Part shown: positions 39,100 to 50,374 of the stretch, one piece after another
Layout of the letters: each line of letters starts with the position of its first letter
Position numbering within the stretch: the stretch's first letter is position 1
Assembly (NCBI GenBank): GCA_029953675.1
Contig: JAMWBK010000003.1
Location: forward strand, 124,001 to 188,000
Source of the DNA: Rhodosorus marinus CCMP1338
Lineage: Eukaryota; Plantae; Rhodophyta
Length of the DNA: 64,000 bases
Reading direction: 5' to 3'
Notes under the pieces: model-generated
The model's input: only the letters and a program-made list of their open reading frames with translations
Told to the model about the DNA's origin: nothing
Databases searched by the model: none
Program-made: the position numbers and the translations under genes

Positions 39100-42000
39100 T
39101 ATACTTTCAAACCCTCCTCACAAGATAGTTGGCCACCTCCTTCTCTCCTCTTTCTACTCCTTACACTGTTCCTTGCGCTATGACTCCTCGGACTTCACGA
39201 CATATCCTTAGCAGGTCAAATCCCTGTCAGCTTTTGTGCAAATGACTAGCTAAGCGAAAGCTCAAAGGTCCGAGTGGCGATGTAACCATCACGTCCAGCG
39301 CATACCTTTGGAACGTCTAAGGATGAGTGGCAATGATATCCGGTCTTAGTCGGTAGTTCTCGAAGTACCCCTCCGGTTCTTGCTTAATGTCGATGAAATT
39401 ACAGCGATTCAGCCATCGCGCCAGTTCCGTACAGATTTCGTCGTGCCTTTGGTGGTGAACCCTTTGTACGCGGTTAGTACTAAGCGTACTACCGCAACTA
39501 GTACACTTCCCGGACGTCCGTATTCCCTGTATCGGCAAACCCGACAGCTGTCATATATTCACTTGCAGTTCTGCCGTACTCAGTTTTTTCGGGCCAGAAT
39601 TCGGCCCGATCTTCCGCCGAAAAATTGCCCGTGCGATTCCAGTCTTTGGAAAGCTGCAAGGTGTGCCTCTCTGTAGAGGGTTTGTTGAATGGAACCATGT
39701 TTCCTGCTGAGGGATCGGATTCTTCTGCTCTTGGGGCTGTTTCGGTTCTCTGCTTCAGGGTGACCAGGCTCTTGATTCGTTCGGGGGCCACTGCGCGCAG
39801 TCTGCGTTGTGTTGCTGCGGCAGACGAGCGGATTTGGTCAGGAAGCTGTGCTGTTGACCTTCGAATTTTCCTCAGTTTGTGTGTGTCTGCGTGCACTTCC
39901 GAAGATGATTGCTCTTGTACCTCGGTGAGGTATGGCGATCCCCCGTTATTACCTTTGAAAGTTTCGCACCAGGCCGACTAGAAGGCGATGGGCTGAATCC
40001 GTGGTCTCGTAGCGAATCCCAGGCCCTCCCAATCGACAAGCGAGTGCGATCTGGTCTCGTGTAGGGTTTTCGTACTCAGGGTCCTCGATGGCCGTGGTAG
40101 TAGTGAGGCCTCCAAATAGCGTATCTAGGTGATAACGCGTCTGGGCGTCCGCGTCCCGTGCAAGTGTTCTTCCCAAAGGGGTAGGCGAGGCAGCGTAGAA
40201 AGTAGTCCAGTCGGGGTTCAGAACAATACCGGAACAGGGCCATTTTCGTAGTCAGTTCCTAAGGGGGCAGGTGAACTATCTCCTTAAGTAGTTTCTCGTG
40301 GTTGTTTTGTAGCCGCCGGCACTCGCTTTGGATGTAAGCGCGTGCCGTACAAGGTGTACTTGGCAAGCTGCAGTCGGGCTCCGCGTGAGGGAAGTAGAGT
40401 CTGACCCCAGTGTAGTGAATCTTTCAGTAGTTGTAGGGGCCCTACGAAGGTGATGTCATCGTGGATCGCGACAATGGTTAAATCAGGGGCTTTGTTGCTC
40501 AATGCTTCCAAGAAAGGCGCCAGGGAGAGCGCATGTAGGATCGGTCCTAGCGGATCTCCTTGTTGAACTCCCGTTGTGGCCCGAAGCGTCAAGCGATGGG
40601 TGTCGTCATGGTCTGGAACGTAGTTATCACGCCATCCGAAGAGTGTAGGAGCATCCGTGCTGTCATTTCCGTAGCCAAGCCGCTGCTTCCAGCTCGGGAA
40701 ATGGTGGTCCAGGATTTGCTTTGCGATGTGGCGGTCGATGCGGTTGAACACATTCTCGAGGTCGAGCCGTAAGACGACGGCGTCAGGTTCGCACGAGAGA
40801 TGGGCCTGGATCGCGTGTACTGATCGTTCACATCCACCGCTAACTCCAATGCCTAGTTGTAGAAGTATGAGCAGTTCGCTAACGCGGTCGGTAACCCATC
40901 GAAGGATCCACTGTGTCGCCACCTTTCTGAGTACTTCGGGGACTCCAATCGGCCGTATGCCAGGTCTCGTTTCAGCGGTTGTGTGCTCGTGGGTTTTTTG
41001 AATCGCAGTAATCTGCTGCTACGCGTTGCCCAGGTCATCGGGGGGTGCGAACTTCTCTGATGCTGTAGCTTGTTGCCGGAGAACGCGGATCAGAGCCACT
41101 TGGTCGCCCTGGGTGACCCCCTGCATGTGTTCTGCTTGGAGTCCACTAGGCCCGGGGCTGGTGCCTTGTGGAAGCCGGACTACTATCGCGAGAATACCTT
41201 CATCTGCTGCTTTTCGAGCGTTCCATCTTCTCCTGAGATTATCGGTGTCCTTGGAGAGCAGGATTTGTAGGGCTTGGTCGACATCCTCCAGTAAGAACAC
41301 TCCGTCGGGTCCGGAAAGAGTTCCTTCAGTTGGTGCCACGTAGTGTCGGTAAATGGAGCCAGTTCGGTTGCCTGTAGTCGTCGGGCCGCGTGTGAAAGGC
41401 GTCCGAGAAATGCCAATTTCAGGGCCTGTTTTCGGCGCCTCTGCGCCTGTTTCTAGGCTATCTCAGGTCCGCTTAGTGCAGTGCGAGGTGTCTGGTTGGA
41501 GGCGTATTTCTCGAGAGCAGTCCAGACCGTGTGTGCGTTTGATTTTTCAAAGAGTCGGGCAGCCTGTTTCCTTCCAAGACATGACGGCACTACAGAAGGA
41601 AGAATCGGAGGTGCGAACGGTGGGAGAACGATGAAGTATTTTTGATCTCCAGCGTTATTGGAAATGGAGTCGTCACCATCCCAACCAGAATCATTCCCAA
41701 GACTCGTTTGAACCTAGTTATCGGAGTCGTCTTGACTACGCTCTGGCTCGAGGAAGACCTTGTCCTCGCCAAAACCAACATAGATTCTGGTATTGGCTGG
41801 ACCTTGCTTGATAGGCTCTGAAGTAACGTCATGAATGGCATTGTCTCCAGGACTGCCGATTACATGATTCATGGCGTCTTCGCTCCGACGAGGAGATCGT
41901 TTCCGTGCCTACGCTGATGCGGAATCCTGCATAAGCAGCCCTAATCTCCTCTTCCCCATCGTCACTAAACGCAAATCGGGCATTTGGTATCCGACCACTG

Positions 42001-42350
42001 CGGAAGATGCCCTTCACGTTGTATCCATAATCTACAACATGTACTCCTCTCTCTCCGTGAGCCTCGTCCATACAAGGGAAAGGCCTGTCTAACAAAATAC
42101 AAGTTCTATCTCGAAGGAAGTCAACTCCATCCCCCCCACTTGCGAGCTCTTTCTAAATCAAGTGTTGTTTACTGCTCCGAACAAGAATGACTGGGCTTAT
42201 CTGGTCATCGGTCTGTGGCAAGCCGGTTGCGTAGGAGTGCACTTGCGCCATAGTGCCATGGTGAACCAGCGAATGCGCGGTTCATGGAGGGAAACAAAGG
42301 TCGCTAGTCGTGCATGCCCGTGGAGAGTTTCTCGTCGAGTTGTCAATGTG
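39100..42350 (-). mobile_element. Decayed CRE-type non-LTR retrotransposon (RT plus C-terminal restriction-like endonuclease)
   Basis: In order: GRLSHAARRL..LAP..T..QLKELFP; LPQGTSPGPSGLQAEH; QLGIGVSGGCE..VHA; LDLENVFNRIDR; GVQQGDPLGP; AIHDDI; QIALACRLGGPGIR; C-x-CG...RHDEIC; RPDI (39346-39335); ALDVMVTSP. Multiple frameshifts and stops. Ends approximate. Confidence 0.9.
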
Positions 42351-42634
42351 AGAATGTGACGCGGTTGGAGCTAAAGAATCAATGGACTGGGGTTACGTAG
42401 GGTTTGGGCCCGAGTTACGACGTAACCCCCGGTGGGTAGTGATGGAATTGGCCTTCGGCCTACTGCTGCCTCCAGTAGGATGCTCAGCGGTTTCGTCTAA
42501 TCGATTCTCGGTGAGAACAAAACGCCTCTGGGTTGGTGGAAGGGATCCTCAGACTGACTTTCTTTTGGGTTCGGTTTGAATAGAACCGATGGATCAGACG
42601 ACGGGTTGCGTCCTGCGTGTATGAACGTCCGTCA

Positions 42635-45042
42635 ATGAGCGGAAGCAATAACGGGGAGTTAGCACGATCGGACAGTATCTCGAGACTTCAGCGTATTCGA
42701 GAACCGGGTTTGCGCGGTGCGGGGAGCGATACCAGTGACACTTATCACGACATGGACTCCAGCATGAGAAATGGTAAAGGAGCTGTGCACTCGAGCAAGA
42801 TCATTGCAGAAGTGGACGACGATGTGCTAGGTCATACCTCCGAAGCCGGTTTTGAAGCGTTAGACGGTTTAGTGGACCAGAACACAGAGGAGAGTGTTCC
42901 GGAGGAAGTACAAGATCAAGTTCGCGGTTTTCTCCCGGACGACGAGGGACAGCCCCATTTCGAACTTTTGAGCTCAGAAGGAGATCTGTGCATCGACAAG
43001 GATTCTGAGGAATCTGAAGAAGAGCGTACTGGTAGTAACGAGTTGGAAACTAGCGAGACCTTGGACTTCGCTGGCGATATAGAGCAAAGGCGGTCAACCC
43101 TAAACGAAGGACAGCGAGTCGCATATGATTGCGCTATGTGTGCGCAGAATTTATTTATCACAGGGAGCGCAGGAACGGGAAAATCCTTCGTGTTGGAGCT
43201 CATTATCGACAGCTTGAGAGATCTTCACTCTTTTGATGCTGTGGGCGTAACGGCGCTGACAGGAATAGCCGCGCAAGGGATTGGTGCCTGCTCACTGCAT
43301 TGCCAGCTTGGTATTGGGATCTCGTTAGACAAGAGGAAAGCTTTCAGCCGTCTCAAGACCAAGTCTATAGCACAATTCAAGGTACTGATCATCGACGAGA
43401 TTTCAATGGCATCTGGCGAGCTTTTGGAAAATATTGACGAGCAGTTTAAGAAGATAAGAAAGTCAAATGAACCATTCGGCGGGGTTCAGATCATTTTCTC
43501 CGGCGATTTTTACCAGCTGCCTCCTGTCCCGGCTCGGAAGAAGTTCATAAGGAAGCTGCTTGAGTTTCAGCCCGCCGAGATAGACCACTACATGCTGAAT
43601 TTTGGGCTCGCTTTCCAGAGCCGAGCTTGGATGAACGGGAATATTTCGATAGTGGTGCTACGGCAGGCGGAACGTCAGAAGGATGCTTTTTTCGTTCGCG
43701 CCCTCGAGGACTTTCGACTGGGAAAGGTAGTACAAGATAACGGTGTTCATTGGTTGCAAGGGTCAAAAAATCCTAGTTTTGATCGGAATTTTCTTTCCAT
43801 AGCTAGCCTCTGACGGGTTAAATCACTGACATTTCATGCATTCTCTTTTTCAATCAGAAAACTGAGAACACTCGATGTTCCTTCCACCGGTCCAGTCGCG
43901 AGCTAGCTGATTCTGGAAGTGGAATTGTTCCAACAAAATTATTCTCTAGAAACTCGCGCGCTGACGAATTCAATGAGGAGAAGTTGGAAGAGCTTTCGTC
44001 GGATGACGGCGACTTCTCCTACGAGGCTACCGACAGAATCGTGCTCTGTAAATCCCTTCGAGATGGTATTGAAAAGAACGCGGAAGCTCTGCGCCAGATT
44101 TGCACCACTGGGAAGGAGAATCTGACAGAGAAGCAGAGGAGGAAAATGCAACTGCTTGAAAAGAAAAGTCAGGAACTTTCGAGGAAGGCAGACCAAGCCA
44201 AATTGGTGCTGAAGTCCAATAGCTTCTTCTCACACTGTCGAGCTCCCCAACTTCTGCGTCTCAAGGTTGGGGCGCAGGTTATGCTGCTAAAGAACTACTG
44301 GAATTCTGATCAGGATGAACGGTCGCTGGTGAACGGGTCGCAAGGAATCATTTCTGGGTTCACGGAAGACGAGTAAGACATGCCCGCGCAAAACCGCAAG
44401 CTTATTGATCCATTTACTATAAAAGGACTAGTGCTGGAAGCTACTCTTCCGCCCGGTGTTATGCCTTTCTTGCAATTTGTGAATGCTGAAAGTGTGAGGC
44501 GCTCATCTGGTTCATCTTTTCTTGTTCTATTTCTCCCACTTTGCAGACTTCCTATCGTTAATTTCTTTGAAGGGACTCGAATGGTTATCAAGGAATCTTT
44601 GTTCGAGTCAAGCATAGCAAACGCTGGCACTTGCTCCCGCCTTCAGATTCCGCTTATGTTGTGCTGGGCTGTCACGATTCATAAAGCGCAAGGGCAAACA
44701 CTAGACAGGCTAAGCGTTGACGTTGCCAACATGTTCGCTCCTGGCCAACTATACGTCGCGCTGAGTCGTGGCCGATCCGTAGACGGAATTGAAGTTGTTG
44801 GGGACGTGGACAGGGTGCCGCAGTACCGGAATTATGTGGTTGATAGCTTCTATGAAGACGTTGCAGATGGTGAGTTTCGTAGGACGCAATTGTGGTCTCA
44901 AAAGCGAAATACCTTGCTAGTCGACCTGTTGTCGGATATCAAGGAGAAGGAGACAAAGCAACTCGCGGCGGAGAAAGAAAACCGTAAGAAGAACAAACGC
45001 AGAAGAAAACGAAAGGGAAAGTTGCCAGCATCCGAGGGGTGA
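42635..45042 (+). CDS. PIF1: PIF1-family 5'-3' DNA helicase, multi-exon
   Basis: NLFITGSAGTGKS, VTALTGIAA, LIIDEISM, PFGGVQIIFSGDFYQLPPV, RQAERQKD, LRLKVGAQVMLLKN, LVNGSQG, RLQIPLMLCWAVTIHKAQGQTLD, FAPGQLYVALSR. Confidence 0.95.
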
Positions 45043-47575
45043 AGCTCTAAACCGAGTGCTGGAGACAAGGAGGGTTCCGTTGGAGAGGCGAAAACCGGGA
45101 AGACGAAAACCTAAAGCGGCGGCTTCGAAAATAGGTAAATCCATCGTAGCAGCCGTAGATCATGATCTGGTGCCAACAATCAAGCTGGATCACGACGATG
45201 CGGAACATGAAATTATCGACGCTGAACCAGGACTCGGGCCAACTGACCCGAAAAGCTCTTGCTGGATGCCGGCAGTTATTTATGAATTGGCTGGAATGAA
45301 CAGGCTCTGCATTAAGACTTGGCTTCGGTTTTCTCGATGAGAAGCGAAGACGCGCACATGCGAGATACTAATGATAGGCTGGAGTCCCCTTTGATGGGGC
45401 ATGTGACATGACTGAATGGACGTGCAGACAATCAATGCACTCATCAAGCGCAACAGCGCATTTGGCAGTCCAAGATCGGCGATCTTCGTAGCCCAGTACT
45501 AAATGTTCAAAAGGAGGTCCATCAGGTTCTCGCCGGCTCGGGCTGCTTTCGCAAACACGGATTCGAAGTGCAGTAGAGAGCTCATGGAGATCGGTATGTG
45601 AACGATGACAGCTGTGGGCCTGTTCACTCAGCTTTGCATGCCTTGGGCCAAGGCATGTTGGAAATGCGATCTCGGCTCCAATGCTCCCACATTCTTTCAC
45701 TGTTCGTGCGTGTGCCGCGGGCGCCCACCGCTGAGGTAGGAATTTCGAATTAGTGTCGTTGCTTTTTCCAGATGTCAGGTCAAGACAAGCGGATTCGCCC
45801 GAATCCTGAAAAATGAGCATCAAGCTTGACAGCAGCCCCTGTTGTGGTTCCTAAAACTAAGGGGAATTTGTTGCACGCTTACTTTTTCCACTCGGAAAAT
45901 CTGTACGTTTATTTCAAACTACCCAAACAGCCAAGCATGCTAGCCAGGGTTTTATAGCTGTTTGCTATTACTTGCCAGGGAGGGACATTCGAGAGGTAAT
46001 ATATATAATGTAGCAAATCCGACTAGTTACTGCTGTTTCGGCCCCTTCTTGACCTGTTCAGCCGTTCGAGGCTCTTTTCTTTGACTTTGTCAATCGTTCA
46101 CAACTCGTTTTGTTCCCTTTGGACCGTTCACGACTTCTTCTGGTCCCTACAAGAGCCGCTGTGCCACGTTTCTGACCTACGAGCCCCCCTGAACGTTCTG
46201 CCCTTGCCTCATCCCGGTGGGATATTAGCCCCCCACTTTGCGGCTCACAACTAATGTATTGATATGGATGCTTTCCGATTCCTACTGTTAATGTTGGTTC
46301 TGGGCTTCGCTACCCAAACGAAGTTGCATACCGGGAGCAAGTGTGACAGAGTCATGACGCATGTCGGCGTTTTGTTTTTTAACCCCAAGCGCAAAGCTGC
46401 TACATGGCTGAGGCGAGCTGGGAACGAGCAGCGCATAGGCCTCCTGGTCACCTGTGGGCGACATCACATCGAGCACAGACTAAATATGGCATAATGACTT
46501 CATCATGGAGTATTTTGGATCTCGCAAGTTCAACTCCTCTGTGCTGAGACTCTGGCCATAACCAAGCTACGCTGTCCGCGCGGCGTGCAACCTTCGAAGC
46601 AGGATGAGGAGCATACGTCAATCGGAGGCAAGGAGATAAACGACCAAATGTCCTCGAACCCAACGGAACAGCGTCAATCTCACGCCTTCATTTTTCAGTG
46701 AACCTACACAATCTAAATCGAGGAGCTCCCATTCGGCGGTCCCCAAGGTGCTGTCCCCATGTTTCAACAGCACCCGAATCCCACCTTGCGACAGCACCCC
46801 AGCTGCTTTCCAAAACTAACCGTGCAACAGGACGTCAGGGAGGTTGTCGCGTCAATCAAAGAGAAAAGGGTAACGATTGAAGCAAAGAATCTGGACTAAA
46901 AATGAAGAAAACTCGTCCATTTGAAAAAAAAACGTTCCTGGTTTCTTTGCTCCTTTCTCTCTCTCTGCCTGCGCTATGCAAGAGAACAGATTCGAACGCC
47001 GGTTCATGTTGAAGCACCTCGTCGAATTCGATTACCAGCCACATTGATTGATGGAATGAAAAAGTTTCTTTTTACGAAAGAACCATTCCTGAAGATATAC
47101 CTCATCTGTTGGGAGCGTACTTCTACAACCGCAAATTTTCGATGACGGGCGTTCCACAAGCTAGTGGAATATGCACCAAGCCCGTGTTGTGATGCGCTCC
47201 GGACAAGGTCCTGAAAAGCTGATGCCGACAAGCCCTTCCTCCGTTTGAACAACAAAACCGCGTTCCATTGGCTGGACCGCTCATATTTTGATTGAGAATA
47301 TCCCTTATTAGATTGACAGGGATTTTACCTCTACAGGGCTTTTTTCGCTTATGGAGTCACCATGCTGGCAGGCGCGTTGTCAACCTCGAGATAGAATATA
47401 AGTAAGCGATCGAGAAAGTTTTCTGCGTCGTGGGTTGTAGAGATGGACCCATCAACTGTCCTATGTTCGTGTGAAATGTTTGAATGTGTTAGTGCGGGGT
47501 TCGTCCTCTGAGTTTCTGTCTTGATTTGTAAGTGACAAAGGCGCTTTTGCTGGTGGGGGCAGGCATTGATACAGG

Positions 47576-49506
47576 ATGAACCGAATTTCTCCCAAAGTTC
47601 TAGTCCTGATGCTAGTGGCTGCTGTTATATATTGGAGAGGAGGCAGCTCTGAAGCTAAAGAGGGAGAGGATGCTAGAGTAGTGAAAATCCCTGCTTTCCC
47701 TCGCAACTCTTCGGGTAGCAAGGAAAGCTTTCCGCAACAGCATGTAACGTACGTTGTTTAGTGTGCATACTGTGCCTGACGCTTCGCTTGGACTAAATAC
47801 TGACTCGAAAAGTTTGCCTTACCCATGACAGGTGCTGGTGCGTGCGTGAGAATGTTCATTGCACTGTTCCACAAGGCTTGATTGCGGGCTCCGAGAAAAT
47901 AGTTTGCAATCCCGTCGGTGGCTATGATTCTATTGATGAAGAGCACTGTCGTTTCGAGTATGACCTGTACAACCCAGATACAAAGTTTGCCGTCGAAGTC
48001 GGCGAGCGGTGGAAAGTCGATGTTGAGTACGGGTCTGCCGGCACTGACGACAACTGGCTTGGTAGAGGCATGCCGAGAACGCAAACCGACCTTTTCAAGC
48101 TTATGATGAGGCTCACCCCGGGGTTTGGTGGGCACCTGCACAGCATGCATCACAGTATGTACTCTGGGAATAGAGGTTGGAGATCTGGAAACAGTCTGTT
48201 CTATCCAGATCCATTCAAGCTCGTACTGAATCAAGTGGGTCGGCTGGGTAGGATCGTGTCTGGTGGCAAGATGAATGGACCCGGTCACCGTCAATCTGGA
48301 TTCCACCAGAAAAGGAGTCGCAAGGGCTGGAGTAATCCAAAGTCTTCTCGAGGTGGATATGGCCGCAAGTCCTCAAGGTTTTTTTCCTTCAAGGGGATCA
48401 TGGTATGCATCGGGCTGTTCCTTTTAACTTCCAAGTACCTCGGCCGTGCACGCGATAGATCAAATTCAAGCAGTTCCCGTAGAGGCCACGGGCAAGCCGC
48501 AGAATTTAGCGACCAAATAGTTAGCGACCGTTCGGCGGAGACTGATCAAGATAACGTTCGAGCATCTGGTGATCAGAATGTAGAAGTGATGAGCAGCTCC
48601 CAACGAAGGGAGGCCTACGGCACACCTACCGAGTCGGTACCGAGGGGTGAGGAGAGCACACCGACTCTCACTGGAGACGACCAGCCAGCTGCTGTGATTG
48701 ATGGTGACACACGCGATGCTCAGACCGATCAGGGTGACGGAGTTGAATCAGCGCATTCTGAGACACAGGTCGAAGATGACCAGGAGTCAATACAATCCTC
48801 GCCACCGGATGAGGATCCTGAGCATCGTCTAGTGCCAAGGATCGCTAGGTTTTGGAGGAGAGGAGGATTCTTCAATCTTCTGGTTTTCCTTTCCGTTTTC
48901 GAGATAGTGTCGGTGCTCCTGCGCACAGGAAAATTGCATGATTTGGTTCTCGGACTGAGCCTGTCAGTTGCCACCTACAAATTTGTGGAAACGAAACTGT
49001 CGCTTGCAGTTTGGGAGGCGGTTTGTCCGTCGATAGAGACTGTCTTTGCCTGCGCCCTTGAGAAGTTGGAGAGCTCTCGACAATGGAGTTATTCGGTTCT
49101 TGGTGATGCAAACGAAAGAATCGCACAGCACACTGAAATTCTCCGCGACCATGTGCACAGAAACCAAGCTTACGCGTCTACTGCCGCTAGGAGGGGACAA
49201 TCGGCGCTGGCGTCATATAGACAGCAGCTCTCTGTCGGCTTGGCTGAACTTGATATCACCACGATCGCTGCCGCGTTGTTAGTTATTTATGTCGTCTACC
49301 GGGCCCTATATCGCTTTGCCGCTTGGGAACTGCTGAAGCTAGTTGGATTAGTTGCAGTCGCCTACCTTGCTTATCAACTTATTGAGAGTGGTTCCGCGGG
49401 AGACGGTCGCGTGGACAGGTCAGGAAGTAATGCGTCGTTCAACACAGGGTACAGGGGAGTTTTCCGGCGTACCGGAGGGATCTCCCGTCATCGTCGTCGC
49501 TGGTAA
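47576..49506 (+). CDS. Hypothetical membrane protein with signal peptide, 2 exons
   Basis: Exon 1 MNRISPKVLVLMLVAAVIYW... ends at a gtaacg donor. A 554-codon open frame follows, with a Cys-containing N-terminal domain, several hydrophobic segments and an acidic linker. Confidence 0.7.
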
Positions 49507-50374
49507 GACCGTTGATGGTCATAGTTGACCTATGATACCTCTCAAAGATTATGCGTTCTTGAGAACGTTTGGCTATCACAACGTCTTTCAGGGATGCTAC
49601 GGATTGACGGGCATGTCTTTTTCGATAGTGTTGAAGGTCATCATGATCTGTGTTGATGCTGGGTGATTTCGCGGTTCGCATGTGTCTTATTAAAATATAT
49701 CTTGCAATGGATACATTCTGTCGTTCACGAGACGCCCGCAGCTACTTGTAGATTGTCGTCCACAGATCCCGACGACGTGGAACTCACGGGTATCGGATGA
49801 AGGAGAAACTTTGATACATTGGTACATTGGTGCGCTGTATCCGTTAGTCTTTTTCCCCTCGGGGTTTTTTCTTCAGTCTCCGGTTAAACCAAATCGTTCA
49901 TTCTATCCGTCGGAGATCTCAAGTTTAACTTTGGCTGATGGATCTCAGAACCGATTCACTGCGCTAAAAAATTGAGGCAGTTGGGTCCTGCGAGTTGGAA
50001 CATGAGTTTCTCATAAGAACCAACTGGACAAAGACGAGCGTACCAGTGCGTTAAAAAGCCGATGCAGGAGACTGGGGCAGTGAACCGTTCGTGGTTGTCA
50101 AGATCCTGAGCTATCTGCTGAGAACTGACAGAGGGACTCTAGACACAAGACGTGTAATTGTATGCTCTCGGCTATTATACAACGCAGACGTCTGAGCCAG
50201 AGAATTGTGAAGGTACTGTGTGATCCCTTGTGGAGTCTCACGTCGATGTTGAGGGGGAGGAGGGGTGGGGGTTAGGGTGGGGTGCGATTCTGTTTAGAAA
50301 CGAGTTGAGAAAAGCGTGGGTTGCGAGTACGACTCTGGAAGCTTCTGACGCTCTTACCTTCTGCGCAAAACAAT

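Noticed and set aside
42440-42500. Hammerhead-like words on the minus strand (gacgaaac, ctgagca, stem, ccgaagg)
   Set aside because: CUGAGCA lacks the G8 needed to pair with C3, GAAA does not follow stem II, and the order leaves no room for stems I and III.
42635-45042. PIF1 next to a transposon as a possible Helitron RepHel or captured helicase
   Set aside because: No HUH/Rep motifs are present, the gene has normal introns, and it faces away from an unrelated retroelement. It reads as an ordinary cellular PIF1.
45368-47255. ORF 45368-45823 (CxxC, possible integrase zinc finger) and signal-peptide ORF 46264-46494
   Set aside because: HHCC spacing and an integrase core are absent, and the 46264 frame breaks repeatedly with no recognisable family.
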